From Bythopirellula sp. (GTDB lineage: Bacteria; Planctomycetota; Planctomycetia; Pirellulales; Lacipirellulaceae): a stretch of DNA of 64,000 nt. Location: NCBI GenBank assembly GCA_965216565.1, contig OZ244170.1, positions 3,712,001-3,776,000 on the forward strand. The letters run 5' to 3'. Positions 19,211 to 28,810 of this stretch are shown here, in pieces. Position 1 is the first letter of the stretch. Every line of letters begins with the position of its first letter. A program made the translations under genes and the position numbers. Under the pieces are notes generated by a model. It was given only the letters and a program-made list of their open reading frames with translations. It was not told the DNA's origin and searched no databases.

Positions 19211-19856
19211 TTTTCGATTCATCCTGCCGTCGTTCTGCATGCTCTCAATTCTTGTCGGCTGCGGTCCGAGTGAGACCGATCAACTGCTGACCCAACTCCA
19301 CGACCCGGATGTCGAAGTCCGACGGGCTGCCGTCCAGTCGTTGTCGGAAACAGAAGGTGAGCCGATTTCGATTGCCCTGGCAGAGACCATTCAGGACTCG
19401 GATCAATTTGTTCGCCGGGCAGCAATCGAGGCCCTGAGACAACGCACCCCACCGGCCGTCGCCCAGCTTCCTCAGATCCTACCGGCCCTGGAAGACCCAG
19501 AACTCTCGGTCCGTTTGGCCGCGGCAGTTACGATTCAAAAACTCGACGCTAGCGAATCTCGTTCGCAATCTCTGTTGATCGAAGCGTTACGCGGGGGCGA
19601 AGGTGGAGTTTTTTTGGATGTGGCCGAACTGGGGCCCCATGCCAAGTGGGCCGTGCCGACTTTGAAACAGCTCCTCGCGCACCCCGATACGAAAATCCGA
19701 GCCCTGGCCGCCTTCACCTTGGGAAAACTTGGTCCGGCGGCAATCGACGCCGAATCAGCATTGCAGCGGGCCACGAAGGACCAAGAAGAAATCGTCCGCA
19801 AACGAGCAACGCAAGCACTCGAGCTCATTCAGCCCACTGCCAAGAATGAGCCCTAA
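19200..19856 (+). CDS. HEAT-repeat lipoprotein
   Basis: Lipobox LVGC; repeated D.D..VR.AA..AL units. Confidence 0.8.
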   Translation: MAFSFRFILPSFCMLSILVGCGPSETDQLLTQLHDPDVEVRRAAVQSLSETEGEPISIALAETIQDSDQFVRRAAIEALRQRTPPAVAQLPQILPALEDPELSVRLAAAVTIQKLDASESRSQSLLIEALRGGEGGVFLDVAELGPHAKWAVPTLKQLLAHPDTKIRALAAFTLGKLGPAAIDAESALQRATKDQEEIVRKRATQALELIQPTAKNEP

Positions 19857-19885
19857 GCATCGATGAAGAATGACTTGTCCCTAAG

Positions 19886-19922
19886 TTCCTCGCCCCTTAG
19901 GGGAGAGGCTAGGTGAGGGGGG
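19886..19922. repeat. CCCTCTCCC...GGGAGAGG REP family copy
   Basis: Reverse complement closely matches 46687-46722; other copies at 21529-21563 and 31877-31993. Confidence 0.8.
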
Positions 19923-20153
19923 ACCACACTACGAAAATAGTTCTCCCCCGATCCCATAATCTGCAGGCAAGCCCACGCTTTCGATCAGATTTCTGACCCC
20001 TCTGCCAGCACACGCGGCACTCTCTTTACATTCTCGTTACACGCCACTCGGCGAACTTTTCGTAAAGTGAAACTATCGAAAGTATCGTAGCGTGTTTCGT
20101 GTTGGGCAACGTGCCCTCGCGTGTTCCCTTTTCTTGCAGAGAGGAGTTTTGTG

Positions 20154-21506
20154 ATGTCTCGAATCAAACTATCTTGGGCCGTGCTGGCACTATTTGCACT
20201 GATGCTGCCTGCCGTGAACCTGCTTGCGCACCCCGAAGCCATTCCTGATCCGGGCGAGCAAGTTGCGGAGAATCCCGCGGCTGATGCCGTCGAAACAGTG
20301 GTCACTCAACTGGTCAAAGAGGAAAAAAACAAGGAGACACCTCCGGGCAAATTCCCCACGTTCTTAAAGAAGAGCATCGCCTGGCTGATTGCCGCCCAAC
20401 ACAACGACGGTGGCTGGGGCGGTGGCTCGCATTCCAAACAAAGCATCCGCGACCCCCATGCCGTGGTGACCGACCCCGCGACCACGTCATTCACTCTGCT
20501 CTCGCTCATGCGTTCGGGCCATACCCCGATTAGCGGAGAGTACAAAGAACAGGTCAACAAGGGTTTGGAATACCTGCTCGCTGCCGTTGAAAAAGCGAAG
20601 ACGGAAGGCCCGCTCATCACCGACGTCACCGGCACCCAGCCACAAACCAAGCTAGGCCGTTTTGTCGATACCTCCATGACCGCCCAGTACCTGGCCCGCG
20701 TGTTGCCACTGTTCAAAGAGAAGGATCCAATGCATCTGCGAATCGATGCGGCGCTCGACAAGTGTCTCGCCAAACTGCAAGTCTCGCAGCAAGCCGATGG
20801 CAGTTGGGGCAAGGGTGGCGGTTGGGCTCCCGTGCTACAGTCTTCGCTTTCCTGCTCGGCGCTCGAGATCGCTGCCGCCAATGGTAAGCAGGTCGACCAG
20901 GAAGTCCTCGACAAAGCTCGCAAATATCAGAAGGACAACTTCGACGTTTCCTCTGGTCGGGCGAAGTCGGAAGCTGCCGCCGGCGTGGAACTCTACGCCT
21001 TTGGTGGCTCACTGCGTGGCAATGCCTCGGATGCTCGCGAGGCGCAGCAGCAAATTTCCAAGGCCAAAGAGGAAGGAAAACTGGCCGCAGACGCCTCGAT
21101 CAATGAAGAGTCGCTACGGATTTCTGGCGTCAAGGACGTCGACCAGGCAAAAAAGCTGGCCCAGGCCGCTGCACAGAACCAAGCCCAACTGCGCCGCTTG
21201 GACGACGAAAACTTACTCAAAGGTTTTGGCAATAACGGTGGCGAGGAATTCTTAAGCTACCTGATGACGAGCGAATCACTCGTGATCGCCGGGCCCAAGC
21301 AGTTCAAAAAGTGGAATGACAAAATGCTCACCCGCATGGAGAAAATCCAGAACGCCGATGGCTCCTGGAACGGGCACCACTGCATTACCAGCCCCGTGTT
21401 TTGCACAGCCGCGGTTGTGCAGTGTCTCACGACGGAAAACGATGCGGAGTTTCTCACCGAGATGGCCAATCGCACGGCTGGCGAGAAACTCGTCAGCAAC
21501 GAGTGA
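20154..21506 (+). CDS. Exported prenyltransferase/squalene-oxidase (QW) repeat protein
   Basis: Signal peptide; QHNDGGW, QQADGSW and QNADGSW repeats; GAGGAG RBS. Confidence 0.8.
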   Translation: MSRIKLSWAVLALFALMLPAVNLLAHPEAIPDPGEQVAENPAADAVETVVTQLVKEEKNKETPPGKFPTFLKKSIAWLIAAQHNDGGWGGGSHSKQSIRDPHAVVTDPATTSFTLLSLMRSGHTPISGEYKEQVNKGLEYLLAAVEKAKTEGPLITDVTGTQPQTKLGRFVDTSMTAQYLARVLPLFKEKDPMHLRIDAALDKCLAKLQVSQQADGSWGKGGGWAPVLQSSLSCSALEIAAANGKQVDQEVLDKARKYQKDNFDVSSGRAKSEAAAGVELYAFGGSLRGNASDAREAQQQISKAKEEGKLAADASINEESLRISGVKDVDQAKKLAQAAAQNQAQLRRLDDENLLKGFGNNGGEEFLSYLMTSESLVIAGPKQFKKWNDKMLTRMEKIQNADGSWNGHHCITSPVFCTAAVVQCLTTENDAEFLTEMANRTAGEKLVSNE

Positions 21507-21528
21507 ATGATCGTTTGACGCCATACAG

Positions 21529-21594
21529 TCCCTCTCCCCCTTGGGGGGAGAGGTTAGGAGAGGAGGCTCCCGGAGGCAGGTGTGCCTCCGGCTA
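21529..21594. repeat. Composite repeat: CCCTCTCCC-family REP abutting a half TAGCCGGA element
   Basis: TCCCTCTCCCCCTTGGGGGGAGAGGTTAGGAGAGG followed by CCGGAGGCAGGTGTGCCTCCGGCTA. Confidence 0.8.
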
Positions 21595-21644
21595 GGCGGT
21601 ACACTCAAATTCTTAATTGCCTCGTCGACTTTGGAACTTCTCCC

Positions 21645-22841
21645 ATGCGAATCATCTTTGTTTTGATCTTGTTGAGTGTGACGGCGTGGGCGTCTCTTGC
21701 CCCAGCCGAACCGACCACACGGGAACGAGCCCTCCAACATGCAGCAGAATTCCTCTGGAGCAAACAACAAGCCGACGGCTCCTGGCGGAGCGACTACTAC
21801 GGCGTGATGCGCAGCGGCCAATCGCTCACGCCATTTGTGCTCTTCGCTCAGATGTTGCACATCGACGAACTATCCTCCGCAGAAGCAGGACGCATCCGGA
21901 AGGCCACGCAATTCCTCCTGGCTCACCTCGACAAACAGGGTGCCCTCGGCCGTAGTGATCCAGACATTTTGGAATATCCCGTTTACAGCACGTCGTACGC
22001 CATCGAAAGTTTGCGGCACATCCTCAAGTATCAAAAGGCATGGGGTCCAGGTCCGTGGGACGAAATCCGTGAAGCGCGACAACGTATGATAGATTTCTTG
22101 GCACAGGCTCAATACCAGGAAGCCAACGGATTTGAAGAAACACACGTCGCCTACGGAGGCTGGGGATTCAACGCACCGGTCGGCAAGGGAGTTGTGGGGC
22201 ACATGGACATCGCGCACACCCGCAAAGCGCTCGCCGCGCTTGCTTCCACCGCTGACGAAGACGAATTGAAACAACTTCGTAACCGTGCAGAACTGTTTCT
22301 GCTCTTGATGCAAAAAGATCCGCGAGCGAAAGCAACCCAGCCGCATCCCGTGGAAGTCCCCGAGGATAAATCTTCCTCACACTACGACGGTGGCTTCTAC
22401 TTTTCCCCCGTCGCCCTTTCTGCCAACAAAGCGCCCTACGATGAGAAAACCCATAGTTGGCCCAGCTACGCGTCGGCCACATGCGATGGCATTCTGGCGC
22501 TACTGGCGGCAGGCGTTTCGGCAGACGATCCGCGTGTCGTTGCCGCCACCGATTGGCTGCGCAAGCATCCCGAAGTAGATTATCCCCAGGGCGTCCCCGC
22601 CGATCATCCCGAGCCTTGGGGCGATGCCATTCGGTTCTATCACTACGCCGTTCGGGCAGAGGTTTATGACAAGCTGTCATTTCCCACTGAAGACAAGCAG
22701 CGTCTGCTCACGGCAATTCTCAAACACCAGCTACCGGACGGAAGTTTCTCCAATTCGGATAGCCCGCTGATGAAAGAAGACGACCCGCTCGTATGCACCT
22801 CGCTAGCGATGATCGCACTCGCTCACTGCAGCATGGACTAG
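21645..22841 (+). CDS. Exported prenyltransferase/squalene-oxidase (QW) repeat protein
   Basis: Signal peptide; QQADGSW, YGGWGF, DGGFYF and QLPDGSF motifs. Confidence 0.8.
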   Translation: MRIIFVLILLSVTAWASLAPAEPTTRERALQHAAEFLWSKQQADGSWRSDYYGVMRSGQSLTPFVLFAQMLHIDELSSAEAGRIRKATQFLLAHLDKQGALGRSDPDILEYPVYSTSYAIESLRHILKYQKAWGPGPWDEIREARQRMIDFLAQAQYQEANGFEETHVAYGGWGFNAPVGKGVVGHMDIAHTRKALAALASTADEDELKQLRNRAELFLLLMQKDPRAKATQPHPVEVPEDKSSSHYDGGFYFSPVALSANKAPYDEKTHSWPSYASATCDGILALLAAGVSADDPRVVAATDWLRKHPEVDYPQGVPADHPEPWGDAIRFYHYAVRAEVYDKLSFPTEDKQRLLTAILKHQLPDGSFSNSDSPLMKEDDPLVCTSLAMIALAHCSMD

Positions 22842-22930
22842 CGGAAACTGCTTCGCGCCCTCGGCCGGTTTGATATACTGGACGGCTTACATTTCTTATC
22901 TCTTTTCGTCTGGTAGAGTGAGGCACCGTC

Positions 22931-23830
22931 ATGGCCCGCATGCGTATCCCCTTCCCAATGCCCCGTCGTCGAGGCGGCTCCCGAAGAATGCCCGGCATGG
23001 GCGGCCGAAGTAGCTTCAAGGCACGGCTAATCATCGCGTTGGCCATCGCGGCATTCGCGCTGCTCAGTTACTACGGCAAGCCCAAAGATCAGAACCTCGT
23101 CACCGGCGACCGCGAACGCGTGGCCATCTTGGAAGAAGATCAAGAGATTCAGCTAGGCCTGCAAGCCGCACCGCAATTGGTCCAGCAACACGGTGGACCG
23201 ACAAGTCGCTCGGTGCATCAGGAACGGGTCAATCGAATCGGCTTTCGTTTGCTCACCGCGCTCGAAAGAGAATTGCAGGAAAAAGGCCGCAGCAATCCCT
23301 ACCGAGAAGCCTTTCAATTCACCTTGCTTTCCGACCCCAAGCTGGTGAACGCGTTTGCCCTGCCGGGCGGACAGGTGTTTATCACCGAAGCGCTCTACAA
23401 CCAACTCGAAACCGAAGGCCAAGTGGCAGGCGTGTTAGGCCACGAGATTGGCCACGTCATCATGCGTCATGGTAACAAGCAAATGGCCAAGCAGGGTTTG
23501 TTCCAAGGCCTGGCCGGAGCGGCGGGTGTGCTAGGTGGCTCGGAGGAAAGCGCCCGCGCCGCGCAGATGGTGTCGCATGTCCTCAGTATGAAGTATGGTC
23601 GTGAGGCCGAGCTCGAGTCCGATCATTGGGGCGTGCGTCTCTGCGCCATGGGTGGATACGATCCCCGGTCGATGATCGGTGTGATGAAAGTGCTCGAAGA
23701 AGCTGGAGGTGGCGGTGGAACGCCGGAGTTTTTCAGTACCCATCCCAAACCAGCCAACCGCGTTGAATATATCAAACAAGTCATTCAGGAAGAATTCCCC
23801 AATGGAGTTCCCGACGAGCTGATTGATTGA
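22931..23830 (+). CDS. Peptidase M48 family metalloprotease
   Basis: NAFALPGG, HEIGH, E.ESD and STHP motifs. Confidence 0.92.
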   Translation: MARMRIPFPMPRRRGGSRRMPGMGGRSSFKARLIIALAIAAFALLSYYGKPKDQNLVTGDRERVAILEEDQEIQLGLQAAPQLVQQHGGPTSRSVHQERVNRIGFRLLTALERELQEKGRSNPYREAFQFTLLSDPKLVNAFALPGGQVFITEALYNQLETEGQVAGVLGHEIGHVIMRHGNKQMAKQGLFQGLAGAAGVLGGSEESARAAQMVSHVLSMKYGREAELESDHWGVRLCAMGGYDPRSMIGVMKVLEEAGGGGGTPEFFSTHPKPANRVEYIKQVIQEEFPNGVPDELID

Positions 23831-23870
23831 ATCTCGTCAGCAATCTGAACAACACTTGCGAACAGTCAAG

Positions 23871-24356
23871 ATGGCCACGGACCGGCAGCTCACCATCATC
23901 TCGGGCGGACAGACAGGGGCGGATCGCGCCGCGCTCGACTTTGCCATTCGGCGGGGCCTTCTCCATGGCGGTTGGTGCCCGCTGGGACGCAAGGCAGAAG
24001 ATGGCCCGCTAGATAGCAAATACCAATTGCAAGAAACCACCAGCCGACGTTACGACCAACGCACTCGCTGGAATGTACGCGACTCCGATGCCACGCTCCT
24101 GCTGACGATCGATGCCGAGCTCACTGGCGGCACCGGGCTCACCGCCCAAGTTGCTCAGCGCTTGGGTAAACCGTGGCTGCATCTTTCCCGAGCCGAGTAT
24201 CCTGAGGCCCAAGTCGCTGCGCAGCAGATTCGCGAGTTCCTGCTCCGCCATCAGGTGCAAAGGCTAAACATCGCCGGCCCCCGCGCCTCGCAAGCACCAG
24301 AAATCGCCGAATACGTCGACGCGGTACTCAACTGTGTACATCCCGCCACTGCTTAG
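23871..24356 (+). CDS. SLOG-superfamily 'putative molybdenum carrier' protein
   Basis: ISGGQTGADRAALD, GGWCPLGR.AEDG, RT.WNVRDSD and LNIAGPRAS motifs. Confidence 0.85.
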   Translation: MATDRQLTIISGGQTGADRAALDFAIRRGLLHGGWCPLGRKAEDGPLDSKYQLQETTSRRYDQRTRWNVRDSDATLLLTIDAELTGGTGLTAQVAQRLGKPWLHLSRAEYPEAQVAAQQIREFLLRHQVQRLNIAGPRASQAPEIAEYVDAVLNCVHPATA

Positions 24357-24497
24357 CCACAAAGAACACAAAACAGCACAAAAGAGTCTGTCCAAAGTCT
24401 TCTCTTAGATTATCGTGGCAATAAACTTCTACCCGACTCTAAGACTCCCTCCGCGGCCCTCACCCAACTCAGCGATCTCTGCGTTGAACCCCACCGC

Positions 24498-26609
24498 CTA
24501 ACGACGCTGTTCAGTCTCGTCGGTGTTCGAAACCTTCTTGGCCAAACTCGTGTACTTGTCTGCCGTGTTCTTCTTGCCCTGGGCTTCGTACATGGCAGCC
24601 AAATTGCCGTAAGGCACCATCAGCGATTCGGATCCCAACACTCCCTTTTCCACAGCTTGCTCGATGAGATCCGCACCTTTTTGCGTGAGCTGGATGGCAC
24701 GGTCGCTTTGTTGCTGGTTCCAATAGGAAACACCCATGCTCACCAGAGCATCGCCGTGCTGCTGAGGCCCAGCCATCGTGGTGACGGGGAACGGATTGAT
24801 CAACCGATCCGCTGCCTTGTCGTACCAAGTGCAGGCTTTCCGATGATCTTCGTGATGAATCGCGTGCACGGCTCCGATCTGAAAGTAGAGTCGACCCATG
24901 AGATACGACGTGTCGGGCAATTCGTCCCGAGTCTTGGCCAGTCCGCTCAGTTTTTCTTCCGCCAGCTTGCTGTACTCCAGCGCACTGTCGGCTTGTTTGC
25001 GAAGATGCTCGATCTGAGCCGCCTGGAAGTACGCCAAACCCAAATTCCAGTCGTACAATTCTTGCAGCTTCGGATCGGTCGTTGTGTCGCGGAGCTTGAC
25101 CGCGGTCATTTCTGCCTCTTCAATCCATAAAGCGGGATCGATGGGCGGTTCCAAATTGGCTCCGGCTGCAAGTGCTGTGACCGCCACATACAAGCGATGC
25201 AGCGTTTGACTGTCGTCACAGGCAATGAGCTGTTCCGAAATCCCGGATGCGCGCTCGATCCACTCTGGAACTGAGATTTCCTTTTGGCGAAACTTGCCCT
25301 TGGAAATGTAAAGAGCCATATCTAGGTGCGACTCGACCAGCAACTTCGTCGCGGCCACCTGCAGGTGGTAGTCCTCGGTCGTGGCCAACTCATCTGCCAG
25401 ATCAATTGCCCCAGAAAGCAGCGGAATCACGCGCTCGGCAACCTCTGCCGAACCCAACGATGCCAACAAACCCATTTCGCGCAGCGAACGAGCCTTGTCG
25501 AGCGGTTCGACATCTAGATCGTTAAATACTTGTTTGGCCAAAACGGAAGCTTGGTCGTATCGCGCTAGCTTTCGCAAACATCTTGCATGCTGCAAGAGAA
25601 ACGAATTGTTCGAGGGTTCTGCTTCGACGGCTTCCGCAGCAAGATGCTCGGCACTGATGGCTTTGCCGGTTTCCAGCAGCAGGACCGACAGCAACCACTT
25701 GGCGTCGGTATTGTCTTGGTCGAGTTTCAAAACCTGCCCGAGATCGTTAATGGCGATAGACGGACTACTGGAAATCACGTTCTCCGCTCGATTCAAGAAC
25801 AGGTTTGCCTTGATCGGCTGGATTCTTACTTGAGAAATCGATAAGCTCTGCAGGTCTGGCAGACATTCCGTGTTCGAACCATCTCGGTTTGAATCGGTAT
25901 CTGCATAACGGAGTACAACGCCGCGCTCGGGGAAACCACAAGCGTCGTTGTTGCCAGTGGAATCTGTGAGTAGCGCGGGCCGAATGCCATCCAAACCGAG
26001 CGAGGCAACCAACCGATCTGCCCGCAAGGGCCTCGGCAGTTCCACCTCCACAGCATCCACCACGTCACCGTCAAAATGCACAAAAACATTTTGCAGTTGA
26101 TCAAATCGATACTTGAGCTGGCTCGCCTGGGTGCTCTCGCTGCGAGGGTCGCCCCAAGTCCGCAGGACGTTGAACCGCGTGGAGATTCCAGGGGTAATAC
26201 CGTGGAAGCTGAGGACCTTGGTCTCAGCGGGAATTGCTTTGGCCAGTTGATTTTGGCCCGCTTCAGGGCGATCGGTAACTTCGATCTCGCGCGGCTCCTC
26301 GGCCGGCGCTGCCGCTAGATCGGGAATTAAGCCCTGGGCCGGTTCCGCCAAATCGGGCGTGTAACCCGAACTCACGGCGATCGGCTCCAGGCCTTCCGCA
26401 GTGCCAGCAGCCTTAGCGGTGTCGAGGTCTTTCAGCTTCTTGCTGGCCACCACGATCGACTTTTCAGCCGGGCGAGTGATGCAGTTCTGGCCATCGGCCG
26501 CATCATGGGCACTGGCAAGTGACCCACTCAGCACAGCCCAACCAAATCCGGCAACGGCCAGCACGGCCGGCCAGACAGTGAGCGCTCCTCTAGAATTCCC
26601 CCCTCGCAT
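24498..26609 (-). CDS. Exported TPR-containing protein
   Basis: Signal-like N-terminus; several TPR-like helical repeats in the C-terminal half. Confidence 0.7.
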   Translation of the reverse strand: MRGGNSRGALTVWPAVLAVAGFGWAVLSGSLASAHDAADGQNCITRPAEKSIVVASKKLKDLDTAKAAGTAEGLEPIAVSSGYTPDLAEPAQGLIPDLAAAPAEEPREIEVTDRPEAGQNQLAKAIPAETKVLSFHGITPGISTRFNVLRTWGDPRSESTQASQLKYRFDQLQNVFVHFDGDVVDAVEVELPRPLRADRLVASLGLDGIRPALLTDSTGNNDACGFPERGVVLRYADTDSNRDGSNTECLPDLQSLSISQVRIQPIKANLFLNRAENVISSSPSIAINDLGQVLKLDQDNTDAKWLLSVLLLETGKAISAEHLAAEAVEAEPSNNSFLLQHARCLRKLARYDQASVLAKQVFNDLDVEPLDKARSLREMGLLASLGSAEVAERVIPLLSGAIDLADELATTEDYHLQVAATKLLVESHLDMALYISKGKFRQKEISVPEWIERASGISEQLIACDDSQTLHRLYVAVTALAAGANLEPPIDPALWIEEAEMTAVKLRDTTTDPKLQELYDWNLGLAYFQAAQIEHLRKQADSALEYSKLAEEKLSGLAKTRDELPDTSYLMGRLYFQIGAVHAIHHEDHRKACTWYDKAADRLINPFPVTTMAGPQQHGDALVSMGVSYWNQQQSDRAIQLTQKGADLIEQAVEKGVLGSESLMVPYGNLAAMYEAQGKKNTADKYTSLAKKVSNTDETEQRR

Positions 26610-26915
26610 GACGCCTATCTCCTTACGAGCATCGCAGCCCTTCACAACAACAAGTGCATGGTGACCATCCGTGGTTACTCACGATCGCGGCTTGCAATTG
26701 CCAATCTCAATTGCCGGGACCACTTAGAATTGTTGGACTCGAAGCTGACAGATTTGAATGGTTGCTGGCACGACAATGCGGGTAGTCGCACCTTTCCATC
26801 GTCCGTTATCGACCTTGCGGGTCGTACACTTTGCAACAATTTTGCCAACTGGCAAACAATTTCCTGCCAGGCAAGCAGTGCTGGCGGGGGGGCTCGCAGA
26901 GACTGCAAGAGGAGT

Positions 26916-28724
26916 TCACTCAATTCGCGTCAGTTCGAGTAGCCGCAGGTCCATTACACTTTTGCCGGGGATCTTAAGGGCGCGGAGCACCAACTCACCG
27001 CGACCTGACTCCAAGGTCAGCTCGCCCAGCGGCAATGGCTTGAACAACTTCATGTCACCTTCTTCCCGGGGGAAGCGGTCCCGCTGGGCCGCGGTCAGCG
27101 GTGGATCGTAGGCCGGCGCTACCTGCGCTTGGCACGCGTGCTGGCCGCAGCGAAGTTCGACCGTCGCACCGGCGTCCCCCTCGGCACAGGTGTAGTACGC
27201 ATCTGCCCGAAAGCGACCTGCCGCTGGCACTTCAATGTCCCAAACGATGGCGTCCTCTGGCGACGTCCAGTCACTAAAAAAGGTGCTGTTGAAGTGACGA
27301 CTCGAACGGCGGATATTCCCGCGGGTGGTGGCATCGCGGGCAGGCAACTGGGTCGCAGGTAGGCCTGGATACCCAACCGTAAACGGTCGCCGCGGTGCGG
27401 CATTGGCCTCGACTACCTCCTTCCGCCAAGCGGAAACGGCGTTTTGCAATTCCTCAGCCTCGGCTGATCGCGTTGCTGCCAGGTCGCACGTCTGCCCGGG
27501 GTCGTCCGACAAATCGTAGAGCCGATTCTCATTATCCAGCACCAGTGTCCCGCGACGCGCTGCGATTCGACCAAACCAATGTGAATACAGGATTCGCTCG
27601 GCGGATGACGGTTGCTGGCCGCGTAAGAGCTTGGCAAGGCTCACCCCATCGCGTGCCGGTCCCTCCAGAAGTTCCACTCCAGCAAGCTCGGCAAGTGTAG
27701 GTGCCAGATCGATGACACCTGCCAACTGCTTCGTCACAAGACCGGGCTCAATCACGCCCGGCAGACGAATGAGCAGGGGCGAACGCACGCCACCCTCGTC
27801 GGTCGATCCCTTAATCCCTCGCAGGCCACCATTAAAACGATGCCCATTGGGTCCGTTGTCGCTGAGATACACGACAATCGTGTTTTGATCGAGTTGAAAC
27901 TCTTCCAAAGCCGCGAGGAGTCGACCGACGTTCCAATCGATGTTTTCGCACATCGCCAAAGCGGCTCGCGTATGATCGAGCTTCTCCATGTCGGCAAGCG
28001 TGCCGCGCTCGCTTAGTGACTGCTGGGCATGACGCTCCCACCAGCGGTCGGGAACTTGCATCGGCGAATGCGGAGTGTTAAAAGCCATCAGCGCAAAGAA
28101 GGGTTGCTCGCCCGCTTGCTTGAAAAACTCGATAGCTTCGTTGGTGATGTCGTCTGTCAGATAGCCCTGACCGCGAGTGATCTCTCCATCGCGATCCAGC
28201 AGGGGCGAAAAGTAGTCGGCCCAATGGCCGGAAGTGAATCCATAAAACGAATCGAACCCGCGGCACAGCGGATGAAACGGTGCTTGGGTGCCATTGTGCC
28301 ATTTGCCGAATGCCGCCGTTCGGTAACCGGCCGCCCGAAACGCATCGGCGAGCGTGGGGACCGAGGGGTCCAGCCGTTCGTTGCCGCCGGTGACGCCAGT
28401 CACGCCCACTCGGGGTGCATAGCAGGCGGTCAGCAACTCAGCACGTGTCGGTGCGCAGACAGGTTGCACATAAAAATGTTCAAACGACGCCCCTTGCCCG
28501 CGCAGCTTGTCGAGCTGGGGCGTGGCAAGATTGCTATTCCCGTGGCAGCTAAAATCGCCCCACCCCTGGTCATCCGCAATCATGATCAGCACCGAGGGTC
28601 GAGCAGCAACGGCCCACGCCGAGCTGTTCGCAACGACTGCCAGTGCAATGGAGAGAATCCAGAAATTAGAACCTCGGAGGGTCAATGTAGTCATCAGGAA
28701 GTCGCGTCGAGAGTACAGAGACAT
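26916..28724 (-). CDS. Arylsulfatase (formylglycine-dependent)
   Basis: ADDQGWGD, CAPTR, GKWH and SDNG motifs; signal peptide. Confidence 0.92.
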   Translation of the reverse strand: MSLYSRRDFLMTTLTLRGSNFWILSIALAVVANSSAWAVAARPSVLIMIADDQGWGDFSCHGNSNLATPQLDKLRGQGASFEHFYVQPVCAPTRAELLTACYAPRVGVTGVTGGNERLDPSVPTLADAFRAAGYRTAAFGKWHNGTQAPFHPLCRGFDSFYGFTSGHWADYFSPLLDRDGEITRGQGYLTDDITNEAIEFFKQAGEQPFFALMAFNTPHSPMQVPDRWWERHAQQSLSERGTLADMEKLDHTRAALAMCENIDWNVGRLLAALEEFQLDQNTIVVYLSDNGPNGHRFNGGLRGIKGSTDEGGVRSPLLIRLPGVIEPGLVTKQLAGVIDLAPTLAELAGVELLEGPARDGVSLAKLLRGQQPSSAERILYSHWFGRIAARRGTLVLDNENRLYDLSDDPGQTCDLAATRSAEAEELQNAVSAWRKEVVEANAAPRRPFTVGYPGLPATQLPARDATTRGNIRRSSRHFNSTFFSDWTSPEDAIVWDIEVPAAGRFRADAYYTCAEGDAGATVELRCGQHACQAQVAPAYDPPLTAAQRDRFPREEGDMKLFKPLPLGELTLESGRGELVLRALKIPGKSVMDLRLLELTRIE

Positions 28725-28810
28725 GTCGGCTCAAGGAATTCGGAACGATCCGACACCCGACCTATTGTAAGGTCGGCGTCACACAGCGGAACGACTATTC
28801 TGGGGGTGAC

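Noticed and set aside
13254..22841. Terpenoid (carotenoid/hopanoid) cluster from the phytoene dehydrogenase-like and QW-repeat genes
   Set aside because: The genes are not contiguous, no prenyl synthase is present, and the QW proteins are exported and lack DxDD.
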